64,000 nucleotides of DNA from Clostridia bacterium (GTDB lineage: Bacteria; Bacillota; Clostridia; Christensenellales; UBA1242). Positions 44,771 through 54,621 of this stretch are shown here, in pieces. Every line of letters begins with the position of its first letter. The stretch's first letter is position 1. The stretch covers positions 568 through 64,567 of the forward strand of contig JAFTYD010000010.1 in the NCBI GenBank assembly GCA_017464845.1, written 5' to 3'. Both the position numbers and the translations under genes were made by a program. The notes under the pieces were generated by a model. That model was not told the origin of the DNA. It saw only the letters and a list, made by a program, of their open reading frames with translations, and did not search any database.

Positions 44771-46048
44771 CTATGTTAAAAATGAAATTTTGTTCAACTT
44801 GTCAGGCAAATCACCTGCACCAAGAAATAAATAAATTTTTTCATTACTATTTTCTTCTTTTAAGAATTCTAATAAACAATTTATATTTGAAAAGTGAAAA
44901 CAATCTTTATTTATTTTTAAAAATTCTTTATATAAATCATATTCACTAAGTCCCATACATTCTTCTTCTCTTGCAGAATAAGTTTTATATAAAATAATTT
45001 CATCAGCATTACTTAAACTTTTTATAAATTCTTTAAATAACAATTTTGTTCTTGAATAAGTATGTGGTTGAAAAATTACTACAATTTTCTTATTTTTAAA
45101 TGATTTTTTTGCAGTTTTTATAGCATTTTGAATTTCAGTAGGATGATGAGCATAGTCCACATATACATTTTTTAATATCTGACAATTTACTTTTTGAAAG
45201 CGTTTTTTTACTCCTTTATAGCTTTCTATACCAAGTTTTATTAAATCATCTCTAATCCCAAGTTCTTTACAAACTCTTATTGCATATATACAATCTTTTG
45301 CAATTACTTCTTCGTATCTTTTCATATCCAAATGAATTTTTTTATTATTTTTATTAATAACATCAAAACTAACAAAACCATTATATCTATGATTAACATT
45401 TTTTATTTTATAACTTTTATCTTCTTTTATAACTATCTTACTATTACTTTCAAATTTAGAAAATGAAAGCAATTCTCTTTTAAATGTTTGAAAATAATCA
45501 AGATGTTCTGGTTCGATATTTGTTATGACAGAAATATAAGGTTTTAAAAATAAAAAGTTATCCTTATACTCACAAGCTTCAGTTATAAAATATTCTTTTT
45601 CTCCTAAAATACAATTTGTATCTTCGAAAGCAAGTTCTCCCCCAAGATGCAAAGTTGGATTTTTTCCAGCAACTTTCAATATATTATAAATTAACGCAGT
45701 TGTAGTCGTTTTACCATGCGAACCAGCAATAGCAATTGTTTTTTCATAATGAGAAGAAATATCTCCAAGTAGCTGTCCCCTAGAAATAATTTTTTTGTTA
45801 TTAGTCTTTGCAAACATTAATTCTTTATCATTTTCAGAAATTGCTGAACTTACAACAATCACATCACTTTCCTTAATTTTTTCATAATTTGGTGGTTTAA
45901 AAACGCAAATTTTATTGTTTTTTAAGCAATTTATATCATTATTATAATTTATATCAGACCCACAAACATTATTACCTTCTTTTTTCAATAGCATAGCAAG
46001 AGCACTCATACTTATCCCACATATACCTAAAAAATAAAATTTCTTCAT
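44771..46048 (-). CDS. murC: UDP-N-acetylmuramate--L-alanine ligase
   Basis: I prefer the start at 46048 (MKKFYFLGICGISMSALA). Contains GSHGKTTTT and a Mur ligase C-terminal domain. The track start at 46066 is a TTG six codons upstream. Confidence 0.9.
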   Translation of the reverse strand: MKKFYFLGICGISMSALAMLLKKEGNNVCGSDINYNNDINCLKNNKICVFKPPNYEKIKESDVIVVSSAISENDKELMFAKTNNKKIISRGQLLGDISSHYEKTIAIAGSHGKTTTTALIYNILKVAGKNPTLHLGGELAFEDTNCILGEKEYFITEACEYKDNFLFLKPYISVITNIEPEHLDYFQTFKRELLSFSKFESNSKIVIKEDKSYKIKNVNHRYNGFVSFDVINKNNKKIHLDMKRYEEVIAKDCIYAIRVCKELGIRDDLIKLGIESYKGVKKRFQKVNCQILKNVYVDYAHHPTEIQNAIKTAKKSFKNKKIVVIFQPHTYSRTKLLFKEFIKSLSNADEIILYKTYSAREEECMGLSEYDLYKEFLKINKDCFHFSNINCLLEFLKEENSNEKIYLFLGAGDLPDKLNKISFLT

Positions 46049-46171
46049 AAAGTAGATATATGACAAATTATTTTTTTTTGATAATGTTTAAAAATTATTT
46101 GATATTTTTATCAAATTATAGTATCCTATATTTGCCAGAAAGGTAATTTAGTAAAAGGAAGGTACACACAC

Positions 46172-46444
46172 TTGGAAATTACAGACATTAGAGTACGTCT
46201 CGTAAACAAAGAAGATGCAAAACTTAAAGCTGTTGCATCAATAACTATCGATGATTCAATCGTAGTTCATGACATTAAGGTTATAAATGGAAAAGATGGT
46301 TACTTCATTTCTATGCCTAGCCGTAAAGTTGCTGATGGAAATTACAAAGATATTGTTCATCCAATCAAAACTGAAGTTAGAGAAATGTTAAAAGAAAGAA
46401 TTATCGCTGAATACGAGAAATTACTTGCAAGCGAAAATAACTAA
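46172..46444 (+). CDS. spoVG: Septation/sporulation regulator SpoVG
   Basis: 90 aa with a TTG start and RBS AAGGAAGG. Translation: MEITDIRVRLVNKEDAKLKAVASITIDDSIVVHDIKVINGKDGYFISMPSRK. Confidence 0.93.
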   Translation: MEITDIRVRLVNKEDAKLKAVASITIDDSIVVHDIKVINGKDGYFISMPSRKVADGNYKDIVHPIKTEVREMLKERIIAEYEKLLASENN

Positions 46445-46456
46445 ACTTGCCAATTT

Positions 46457-46484
46457 AAAGACCACTTAAATTAAAGTGGTCTTT
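46457..46484 (+). terminator. Terminator hairpin after spoVG
   Basis: 11-bp stem AAAGACCACTT/AAGTGGTCTTT with a 6-nt loop. The T-tract is weak. Confidence 0.55.
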
Positions 46485-46507
46485 AATTAAGACTTTATTA
46501 TTTTATT

Positions 46508-46543
46508 AAAAAAAATATGTGAAAATTTTCACATATTTTTTTT
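46508..46543. terminator. Palindromic bidirectional terminator at the ypeB stop
   Basis: AAAAAAAATATGTGAAAATTTTCACATATTTTTTTT. Confidence 0.6.
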
Positions 46544-47927
46544 ACATCAATTTACTTCCATCGTTAGTTTTTAAAACTTTCAAAATATTTTCCTCTTCTC
46601 CCGTATTTGCATTTATATAAAAATAATAAGTAACACCCTCTTTTTCTCCTTCAAACTCATAACAAAGAACTTCTCTATTATAATCAAGTGGTGCTAAAAC
46701 TAACCTCTTATTTTTTATATTAAACTCACTTGGAACTTTTGTTTGGGCATCAGAAATACTCATTGATGCTTTTCCTAAATTTCTTGCAACATGATTTGTA
46801 TAATATGAAGTTGCATCATAACCAATTACATTTGAATTTTCCATATCCACCTTAACTTTAATTAAATCAGGATATAAAACAATATTATTTATTTTTGGCG
46901 CAAGATTAATATAAGCTTGATTATTTAAAACAACATACCAAACACAATCAACATTTTCTATTCCATTTGATCTTACAAAATCACTTGCTATTTTTATTGC
47001 TCTTTCAATATTGATATTTTGTATATTAGATTCAACATGTCCACTTACTGTCAAAATATCTCCACCAAGTTTTGTTACTTGAACATAAAGTTTTTGTTTA
47101 TCCATTGTCTTCAATGAATAATTGTAAGTATTAAATTTTCCATTTGTATCATTTTTATAATCAAGTTCAGAAATATCCTTAAAACATTTTTTGATATTAT
47201 CGTACCCTTTATTAATACTTATCTTTTCACCTTGGACTCCTTTCACTTTTTTATTAACAACAGAATCTGCAAAAGGTCCATCATATATCATTGTTGGATA
47301 ATCAGTATCAATATTTTTTATTTTTGAAATATCACTTGTAAAATTATTAATATCCTTATTATTTGCACTTTTTTCAATAATTTTATAATTTTTTTCCATT
47401 TTTTCTGAAAATTTATTTAAATTATTTTTAAGTTGAGTCAAACTGATATGTAAATTACTTAAAGATTTTTTATCCTCATTATCAAGTTTACCACCCTTTG
47501 CAATCTTCTCAGACAAGGTTGAAGTATAACCACTAAGTTGATTTATAAACCTAACATTTTCAACAAAATCACTACTTGATATTGGTAAAGTTGATATAGC
47601 ACCTTGAGCATCTTTTGCATTTTCACTAAGCTCTGTCAACATCTTTTTTTGATATGAAGAATTATTTGAAGCCAATATTTTACTTATTTTTGTATCAGCA
47701 TTGTTAATACTATCAACTAAATCATAATAATTTCTTTGATAAACATTTTCAAGTTCAATTTCATATTGCATAGCTTGAGAATTTTTCATTCCATATGCAA
47801 TACCAAGTCCAAGAGTGCTTGCCGATAAAACTCCAACCGTAATAGCAAGTCCAATAATTGCTCCTGTTTTTTTTCTTTCTTTTTCATTCATTTCAGTTTG
47901 ATTTCTTTTAAATTTATCTCTATTCAT
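46542..47927 (-). CDS. ypeB: Germination protein YpeB (PepSY-domain)
   Basis: 461 aa with an N-terminal TM helix (GAIIGLAITVGVLSASTLGLGIAYG). The size and the position directly downstream of sleB match the B. subtilis sleB-ypeB operon. Confidence 0.8.
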   Translation of the reverse strand: MNRDKFKRNQTEMNEKERKKTGAIIGLAITVGVLSASTLGLGIAYGMKNSQAMQYEIELENVYQRNYYDLVDSINNADTKISKILASNNSSYQKKMLTELSENAKDAQGAISTLPISSSDFVENVRFINQLSGYTSTLSEKIAKGGKLDNEDKKSLSNLHISLTQLKNNLNKFSEKMEKNYKIIEKSANNKDINNFTSDISKIKNIDTDYPTMIYDGPFADSVVNKKVKGVQGEKISINKGYDNIKKCFKDISELDYKNDTNGKFNTYNYSLKTMDKQKLYVQVTKLGGDILTVSGHVESNIQNINIERAIKIASDFVRSNGIENVDCVWYVVLNNQAYINLAPKINNIVLYPDLIKVKVDMENSNVIGYDATSYYTNHVARNLGKASMSISDAQTKVPSEFNIKNKRLVLAPLDYNREVLCYEFEGEKEGVTYYFYINANTGEEENILKVLKTNDGSKLM

Positions 47928-47935
47928 AACACCTC

Positions 47936-48616
47936 CTAAATTGCAAACACATGATTACCAATAGTAACAACAGTTGTTTTTGTAAATATCCATTTTGATG
48001 TTGCAGTTGAAGCATTATAATAATAAAGACAACCATAGGTTGGATCCCAACCATTCAAAGCATCTTGTGCTGCACTATAAGCTGTTTTATCAGGTTCTAA
48101 ATTAATTTGCCCATCATTAACTGCAGTAAAAGCCCAAGGTTGATAAATTACTCCAGCTATTGTGTTTGGAAAATCAGGACTCTTTACCCTATTTAAAATA
48201 ACTGCAGCAACTGCCACTTGACCTTCATAACTTTCACCTCTAGCTTCTGCATAGACACATTTTGCAAGCAAATATAAATCTGAATTATTTCCTGTATCAT
48301 TATCTGAAGATATACTTACACCAAGAACTTTAGCAGTCTTTTTACCAACTATACCATCAGCAACAAGCCCATTTGCTTTTTGAAAAGCTATCACTGCACT
48401 TCTAGTTTTATTCCCATAAATTCCATCAACATTACCTTTATAATACCCAAGTTCTTTCAATCTTTGTTGAATTCCTCTATTTTGAGAAGTTGTTGTTGCA
48501 ACCGTAAGTACAGCATTAGAAGAAGAATCTGTTGAAATAAAATTATTAGCTACAAATACCGAAGAAGCAACCAACATAACAAGAACTAGTAATAATGTAA
48601 AAACTTTCTTTTTCAT
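47936..48616 (-). CDS. sleB: Spore cortex-lytic enzyme SleB
   Basis: I moved the start to the ATG at 48616 (RBS GGAGGTG). A signal peptide is followed by a PG-binding repeat ([32 protein letters not shown]) and a hydrolase domain ([23 protein letters not shown]). Confidence 0.9.
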   Translation of the reverse strand: MKKKVFTLLLVLVMLVASSVFVANNFISTDSSSNAVLTVATTTSQNRGIQQRLKELGYYKGNVDGIYGNKTRSAVIAFQKANGLVADGIVGKKTAKVLGVSISSDNDTGNNSDLYLLAKCVYAEARGESYEGQVAVAAVILNRVKSPDFPNTIAGVIYQPWAFTAVNDGQINLEPDKTAYSAAQDALNGWDPTYGCLYYYNASTATSKWIFTKTTVVTIGNHVFAI

Positions 48617-48631
48617 TCGCACCTCCATTTT

Positions 48632-49159
48632 TTAGTTTGTTACACTATTAATTATTTCCCAAATTTTAGAAATATAAACATAATTTGTCGAATTATTTGT
48701 AGAAAGAAAACATAATGGAGGATAAACAACACACCACCAGTTATCTCCTTTTCCACTTCCAAGGTTCAATATCAATGCATCATAATATCCTTCTTCAAGT
48801 GTTAAATCTTCATAAACACGAGTTGGAAATTCTTCATTTTTCACACTTCCTTTTGAGGTATATTCAAAACCTTCTTTTCTCAAAATTTCATCTGCAACTC
48901 TTTCAATTAAATTCATATTTTTATTAATTATTTCAGTTGCTTCATCTTTACTTTGTGCTTCACAAATAAGAGGAATTAAGGCATCAACAACACCTTCTTT
49001 AACTTTATACTTAACCTCTTGATCTTGTTCTGAATTTGAATTTGCCCTAATATGTATTCTTAAATATTCGCTATTAACTTTTTCATTATTATTATTTGGA
49101 CAAAAGATTAAAATACAAATAAGACCTACTATTCCAATAAAAGATATTATATATTTCAT
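48632..49159 (-). CDS. spoIIR: Stage II sporulation protein R
   Basis: 175 aa. An N-terminal TM/signal segment is followed by LRIHIRANSNSEQDQEVKYKV, with NWWCVVYPPLCF near the C-terminus. Confidence 0.9.
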   Translation of the reverse strand: MKYIISFIGIVGLICILIFCPNNNNEKVNSEYLRIHIRANSNSEQDQEVKYKVKEGVVDALIPLICEAQSKDEATEIINKNMNLIERVADEILRKEGFEYTSKGSVKNEEFPTRVYEDLTLEEGYYDALILNLGSGKGDNWWCVVYPPLCFLSTNNSTNYVYISKIWEIINSVTN

Positions 49160-49161
49160 AA

Positions 49162-49192
49162 AAAAACCTCCAGCTATCTGCTAAAGGTTTTT
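49162..49192 (-). promoter_or_regulatory. Hairpin overlapping the spoIIR Shine-Dalgarno sequence (terminator of the upstream gene and/or translational element)
   Basis: 8-bp stem AAAAACCT/AGGTTTTT with a 15-nt loop. The 3' arm contains the AGG of the GGAGG RBS and is followed by TTATG (the spoIIR start). Confidence 0.35.
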
Positions 49193-49254
49193 CTCAATTA
49201 TTTTAATAAAATTACATATATTTTATGCTTTTTTTTGATGTTTTTTGCTTATTT

Positions 49255-50769
49255 TTAAGCATTTTGAAAAAATACTACCACATTTGTATCTTTTTCAAGA
49301 GGAAAATTTACATCTGGATTTTGTATAACAATCAATTCTTCTCTTATCCTCGCTTGCTTCGAAATATCCCATAAAGACATACCTTTTTGACCAAACAAAA
49401 GTTCAACAGAATAATCTTTTTCAGGATATTTTTCTTGTTCCTCAACATTAGAAATTATTGCGCAGGTTTGATCAACATAGAAATCAACTTTAACTTTTAT
49501 TTTTGCATCAAAATAAAATTCTCTTCCTTTTTTTACAACTACATCAACATCACATATAATTGCTTGAGCTTTAGTTTTAATATTTTCACCTTCAAGTTGT
49601 GTTTTATCTGACACAACAAATGGAACTTCAATATTAACAGAATTTAATGAACTAAACTCATCATTTAAATATACAACATTAGTTCTAGCAATACCTTCAA
49701 CAAATATTTCACCCTCTGATATATACGAATTAAAAATTACAAGATTAGTTCCACCAATAAACATTATTTTATCAACTCTTGCTTTATCTTCACTTAATGT
49801 AAGATTACCATCAATCTTGTTTTCAAAATATTCACAAGCAAGAGTTTTTGTCATACTAAAAGATTCTGTTGTTATACCAAGTTCACAATTTGTGCTATAA
49901 ACATCTCTAATTATTTCAATATTAACATCTTCGTATGCTTTAATTTTTAATTCAATAGGAGTGACAATTTTTACATCAACACCTTTTTCAATTTCAACAA
50001 CTTCAGTTTTTACTTGTTCTTTTAAAATACTTACACAGCATTCTGCTATTGAATCTCTTGTTACTCCTTCAAGTTCAACTTCCTCTTTAAAAGTTTCATA
50101 ATTATAACAAGATTCAAATTTATCATCATTATTTATATATAGAATTCTATTTACAAGTTCCCCACTAACAGAAACAAAATTAAGTCCACATTCAACATCT
50201 TTTACACAAACTTGACTTTCACACAACAAAACTTTTTTAACTTGCTCTTTTATTGATACTGAACTTTCTTCATTTACAACACTTGTTGTATTTCCTATTA
50301 ATCTAACAACACTCATTTGATCTTCTTTAGTACAAATACATTCTGCATTACTTCTAATTGTATTTACATTTTCATTTGAAATAAGAACACCATCTTGTTC
50401 AATCATACATAACACTTTTATATTTGAAGATGAAATATTTTGAACTTCATGGTCAACAACTTTTACATTTATATCAACCAATTGTCCCACTGAAATGTTT
50501 TGATCTTCAATTTTTGAACTAAATGGACAAGTGGTGTGAATTGTCCCAACCGATCCATCTAATGCGCAATAAATTACACATAAATCAATAACCCCTAAAA
50601 AGTTTATAAACCCTGTCAATACTTCACTTGATTGAACATTTACATCTGCAGTAATTGAAAATATTTTATCTATTTCTTGTTCAACAGGAATATTACATTC
50701 CACCTTTAACTCACTTTTTGGTAAGCTACTTTTTTTTGCAACTAAAAAATTACTTGATTCAAATGCCAT
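49255..50769 (-). CDS. SipL-like spore coat morphogenetic protein candidate (beta-rich repeats plus a degenerate C-terminal LysM-like segment)
   Basis: I moved the start to the ATG at 50769 (RBS GGAGGG), giving 504 aa. The V/I/E-rich beta-strand repeats resemble DUF3794 proteins. The C-terminus YSVELLFGQKGMSLWDISKQARIREELIVIQNPD resembles a LysM motif. The neighbours are spoIIR, sleB and veg. Confidence 0.45.
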   Translation of the reverse strand: MAFESSNFLVAKKSSLPKSELKVECNIPVEQEIDKIFSITADVNVQSSEVLTGFINFLGVIDLCVIYCALDGSVGTIHTTCPFSSKIEDQNISVGQLVDINVKVVDHEVQNISSSNIKVLCMIEQDGVLISNENVNTIRSNAECICTKEDQMSVVRLIGNTTSVVNEESSVSIKEQVKKVLLCESQVCVKDVECGLNFVSVSGELVNRILYINNDDKFESCYNYETFKEEVELEGVTRDSIAECCVSILKEQVKTEVVEIEKGVDVKIVTPIELKIKAYEDVNIEIIRDVYSTNCELGITTESFSMTKTLACEYFENKIDGNLTLSEDKARVDKIMFIGGTNLVIFNSYISEGEIFVEGIARTNVVYLNDEFSSLNSVNIEVPFVVSDKTQLEGENIKTKAQAIICDVDVVVKKGREFYFDAKIKVKVDFYVDQTCAIISNVEEQEKYPEKDYSVELLFGQKGMSLWDISKQARIREELIVIQNPDVNFPLEKDTNVVVFFQNA

Positions 50770-50883
50770 AAAACCCTCCAATTTAAATCTATTACTACTA
50801 TACTCTTCAAAATTTCGTGTTAGAACAAAATATTGAATAAAAAATAAAAAAGTTGTCAAAAACCTTAAAAAGGAGTAATCATT

Positions 50884-51111
50884 GTGAGAAAAATAAATAA
50901 AGGACTTGATGAAGTAAAAATAAAAATTAGTGAATTAAAAGGCAAAAATGTTGAAATGAGTATTAATCGTGGAAGAAAAAAAATTGATATTGTTAGTGCC
51001 ACAATAAAAGATGTATATCCTAGTGTTTTTACTATTAAAACAGAAGATGAGAAAGTTCAAACTTTTTCATATTTCGATATTCTTTGTGGTAATGTTGTTA
51101 TAGAAAATTAA
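50884..51111 (+). CDS. veg: Veg-family protein
   Basis: 75 aa with a GTG start and RBS AAAGGAG. The stretch ..GKNVEMSINRGRKKIDIVSATIKDVYPSVFTIK..FSYFDIL.. parallels B. subtilis Veg. Confidence 0.85.
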   Translation: MRKINKGLDEVKIKISELKGKNVEMSINRGRKKIDIVSATIKDVYPSVFTIKTEDEKVQTFSYFDILCGNVVIEN

Positions 51112-51138
51112 AAAAATCACTAAAATTAGTGATTTTTT
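51111..51138. terminator. Bidirectional terminator between the convergent veg and rpe genes
   Basis: 12-bp stem AAAAAATCACTA/TAGTGATTTTTT with a 4-nt loop. Confidence 0.7.
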
Positions 51139-51160
51139 TATTATTTTTATATGTTTTTAA

Positions 51161-51826
51161 TTAATTTCCTCTCAACTCTTCAATTGCAACATCTCTATTT
51201 TTTGCGCCATAAACATACATACCACTTACTAAAATATCTGCACCAGCATCAATAATACTTTTAGCATTTGTCGCATTTACACCACCATCAACTTCAATTT
51301 TAAATCTAAGATTATTTTCTTCTCTAAACTTATTTATTTCAGCAATCTTATCTAAAATTTCAGGCATAAATTTTTGACCACTAAGTCCAGGTTCTACTGA
51401 CATAACAAGAATAACATCAACTGTATAAGCAAAAGTTCTTATTTCCTTAAATGATGTTGCAGGCTTTATACTTAACCCAACCAAAGTATTTCTTTCTTTT
51501 ATATGATGTATTGCTTCTGGTAATTTTTCTTTATTTTTAAATGCTTCATAGTGAATTGTTAATATATTTGCCCCGGCATTAATATAATCATCAATATAAT
51601 AAGCTGGTTCATCTACCATCAAATGTACATCTAACATAATCAAAGAATTAAGATTAATATTTTTTATTAAAGATGCATCATATGTTACTTTTTCAACAAA
51701 CTTTCCGTCCATAACATCACAATGCAAAAACTCTACTCTTGTTTGCATATATTTTGCATAATCAATAATATCACTATAATTTGGAATAGGATCAGTTGAA
51801 ACAGAAATAGCAATATTTTTTTTCAT
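51161..51826 (-). CDS. rpe: Ribulose-phosphate 3-epimerase
   Basis: 221 aa. Contains LHCDVMDG.F, DVHLMV, VMSVEPG..GQKF and VDGG. Confidence 0.93.
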   Translation of the reverse strand: MKKNIAISVSTDPIPNYSDIIDYAKYMQTRVEFLHCDVMDGKFVEKVTYDASLIKNINLNSLIMLDVHLMVDEPAYYIDDYINAGANILTIHYEAFKNKEKLPEAIHHIKERNTLVGLSIKPATSFKEIRTFAYTVDVILVMSVEPGLSGQKFMPEILDKIAEINKFREENNLRFKIEVDGGVNATNAKSIIDAGADILVSGMYVYGAKNRDVAIEELRGN

Positions 51827-51836
51827 ATTTTCCTCC

Positions 51837-52685
51837 TTAATACCTTTTAATATTCTTTAAAACATTTAAAAGTTTTATATAATTTTCGTATCTTATTTTA
51901 CTAATATTTCCCTTTTCTTTTTCTAAAAAAACATTGCAATCTTTTTTTGTTTCATGCATACAAGTTCTATATTTGCAACCTTTTGAAATCTCTAAAAAAT
52001 CAGGATAATAATTTTTTAAATCATGATAATCAATATCAATCAATCTTTCATCTAATTTTGAAAAACCAGCAGTATCTGCTAAATATTTATTTTTATCAAA
52101 TTTATACAAAGTAACAATTCTTGTTGTTTGTTTACCTCTATCAACCTTCTTTGATAAATCTCCAATAACTTCTAAATTTTCATTAAAAATCGCATTAATA
52201 ATAGAAGATTTACCAACTGCACTTTGTCCAGCAAGTGTACAAACACCTTCTAAATTTTCTAAAAAATCTTCAAAATTTTGAGTTTTTGCGCTAATTTTTA
52301 TAATTTTTAATACATTTTTATATATATTTTCAATTTCGTTTACAAAACCTAAACTATTTTCATCACATTTATTAATAACCAAAATAGGTTGGATTTTATA
52401 AATAAAACAAAACAATATCATCTTATCTACAAGATACAAATCTGGTTTTGGAACTTCACAAATTACAATAAACATCTTATCAAGATTTGCAATAGGTGGT
52501 CTCACAAGTAAATTCTTTCTATCAAAAATTTTGTTAATAATATTTTCATTTTCGTCAAAATCAATTACATCTCCAACAAATACACCTTGATCTTTTAAGT
52601 TTTTTCTTGCAGTTAAAACAAATGTTTTTTCATTTACATAAACGCTAAATTTGTCAGCATTTTTTTTATAAACAATACCTTTCAT
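51837..52685 (-). CDS. rsgA: Ribosome small-subunit-dependent GTPase A
   Basis: 282 aa. Contains the circularly permuted GTPase motifs (NKCD.., GQSAVGKSS) and the C-terminal zinc knuckle CKYRTCMHETKKDC. Confidence 0.9.
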   Translation of the reverse strand: MKGIVYKKNADKFSVYVNEKTFVLTARKNLKDQGVFVGDVIDFDENENIINKIFDRKNLLVRPPIANLDKMFIVICEVPKPDLYLVDKMILFCFIYKIQPILVINKCDENSLGFVNEIENIYKNVLKIIKISAKTQNFEDFLENLEGVCTLAGQSAVGKSSIINAIFNENLEVIGDLSKKVDRGKQTTRIVTLYKFDKNKYLADTAGFSKLDERLIDIDYHDLKNYYPDFLEISKGCKYRTCMHETKKDCNVFLEKEKGNISKIRYENYIKLLNVLKNIKRY

Positions 52686-53713
52686 TCTATTTCACTCTTA
52701 ACCTTATTTCTAAGTTGACCACAAGCACCTTCAATATCTTCTCCCATAGTTCTTCTAACAGTTGCAGATATTCCAAGTTTTTCAAGTTTTCCACAAATTA
52801 CATATGCTTCTTTTCTAGTTGTTCCATCTAACGATTTTTCTTTTACTGAATTTAACGGAATTAAATTCACATGACAAGTCAAACCTTTTAATTTTGTAGC
52901 AAGTTCCTTTATACAATTATCCGAACAATTCACGTCTTTTATTAGAGCATACTCAAATATAACCCTTCTTCCTGTTTTATCAAAATAATATTTGCAAGCT
53001 TTTAAAATTTCATCAATAGAAAATGCATTTGCAACTGGCATAATTGTTTTTCTTATTTCGTCATTTGGAGCATGCAAAGAAATTGTTAAAGTAATATTAA
53101 ACCCATCATCTGCAAGTTTATATATATTCATTGCAAGTCCTGATGTTGAAAGAGAGATGTTTCTTTGACTTATATTAAGACCATCTTTAGAACTTACAAG
53201 TCTTAAAAATTTAGTTACATTGTCATAATTATCAAGAGGCTCCCCACTTCCCATTAAAACAATATTTGTAACATTTCTAACCTTTTCTTTTGTTTTTTCT
53301 TCACTATTAAAATAAATTACTTGTTCTAATATTTCTCCAGGTGTCAAGTTTCTAATAAGTCCATTTATTCCAGAAGCACAAAATGCACAACCCATACGGC
53401 ACCCTACTTGAGTAGAAACACAAACTGTATTTCCATACTCGTAAGACAAAAGTACACTTTCAACAATTTCTCCATCAGGAAATTGAAAAACATATTTTTT
53501 TGTCCCATCTTTACTTACTAATTTTCTAATAACATTAAAAGCCGGATAATCATTTTGTATTTTTTCTTTTATATCCTTTGGAATATTAGTTACTTCATTT
53601 AATTTTTTCCCTTGAATCATTGCATCAAAAATCTGTTTTCCTCTAAAAGCAGGAAAACCTAAATTTTTCACATAATCTTTCAATTCTTCTAAACTATAAT
53701 CTAATAAATTCAT
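52682..53713 (-). CDS. rlmN: 23S rRNA/tRNA A2503 C2-methyltransferase RlmN (radical SAM)
   Basis: 343 aa. Contains CVSTQVGCRMGCAFCASG and the C-terminal GEDIEGACGQL. Confidence 0.95.
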   Translation of the reverse strand: MNLLDYSLEELKDYVKNLGFPAFRGKQIFDAMIQGKKLNEVTNIPKDIKEKIQNDYPAFNVIRKLVSKDGTKKYVFQFPDGEIVESVLLSYEYGNTVCVSTQVGCRMGCAFCASGINGLIRNLTPGEILEQVIYFNSEEKTKEKVRNVTNIVLMGSGEPLDNYDNVTKFLRLVSSKDGLNISQRNISLSTSGLAMNIYKLADDGFNITLTISLHAPNDEIRKTIMPVANAFSIDEILKACKYYFDKTGRRVIFEYALIKDVNCSDNCIKELATKLKGLTCHVNLIPLNSVKEKSLDGTTRKEAYVICGKLEKLGISATVRRTMGEDIEGACGQLRNKVKSEIE

Positions 53714-54621
53714 TCAACCTTATCACTTTTAAATTTATATCCATTTAAAAAATCTCTTGCATCGAGTATTTTTCCATTTGGTGCTTGACATCTTAAAATC
53801 TCAACTGCACCATCTTTACATTGAATAATAAATCTTTTTCTTATACATAAAATATCTTTTTCGTTTTTTGTAAGTTCATAATCTATTTTTTGAGCTTTAT
53901 AAACTTTTATATTTTCCCCACCTATAGTAATGTAACAAGAAATTAAATCACCAAAAGCTCTAACTTTATTAACAATTTCATCACTATTTTTAGAAAAATC
54001 AAGAAACCCATCTGTTTTTTCAATCATTTTAACAAAAGTTGCCTTATCATGGTCTTGCTTTATCCATTTATCTTGACCACTTTCTATTAAATCTAAAGCT
54101 TTAACAGCCATTTTTCCACCAATATGGGCAAGTTCAATCATAAACTCATTGTAATAAATATCGTGTGAAATTTGCACCTTTTCTTGTAAAATTATATCAC
54201 CACAATCAACTCCCGCTTCAGTTCTCATAATTGTTACACCTGTTTCTGTATCACCATTTAAAAGAGCAGTTTGAATTGGAGTTGCCCCTCTATATTTTGG
54301 AAGCAAAGAAGGATGAACATTAATACATGGTTTTATATCCAAAAATGATTGAGGTAAGATTTGTCCATAAGATGCTGTCAAAGCTATATCATAATCAATT
54401 GCTTTAATTTCATCAATACTTTTTCTTACTTTTTCAAATTGATAAACTTTTATACCATTTTCTTCTGCAAAATGTTTAATTTCAGGACTAACAAACTTCA
54501 TTCCTCTACCTGAAGGTTTATCAGGTTGACAAACAACTCCAACAACCTCATGGTTTGATTTGATAATATAATCAAGTACAATTTGCGCAAACAAAGGTGT
54601 ACCTAAAAACAAAACTTTCAT
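53710..54621 (-). CDS. fmt: Methionyl-tRNA formyltransferase
   Basis: 303 aa. Contains MKVLFLGTP.FA and HPSLLPKYRGATPIQ. Confidence 0.95.
   Translation of the reverse strand: MKVLFLGTPLFAQIVLDYIIKSNHEVVGVVCQPDKPSGRGMKFVSPEIKHFAEENGIKVYQFEKVRKSIDEIKAIDYDIALTASYGQILPQSFLDIKPCINVHPSLLPKYRGATPIQTALLNGDTETGVTIMRTEAGVDCGDIILQEKVQISHDIYYNEFMIELAHIGGKMAVKALDLIESGQDKWIKQDHDKATFVKMIEKTDGFLDFSKNSDEIVNKVRAFGDLISCYITIGGENIKVYKAQKIDYELTKNEKDILCIRKRFIIQCKDGAVEILRCQAPNGKILDARDFLNGYKFKSDKVE

Noticed and set aside
44575-44949. Track ORF of 124 aa (+) spanning the hydrolase/murC junction, plus similar antisense ORFs at 28556-28822, 29861-30064, 30510-30701, 32493-32789, 36724-36918, 39460-39672, 41756-42067, 43336-43542, 48715-48927, 49387-49611, 56517-56717, 56525-56713 and 63257-63463.
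   Set aside because: All are antisense or out of frame within better-supported genes, with low-complexity products.
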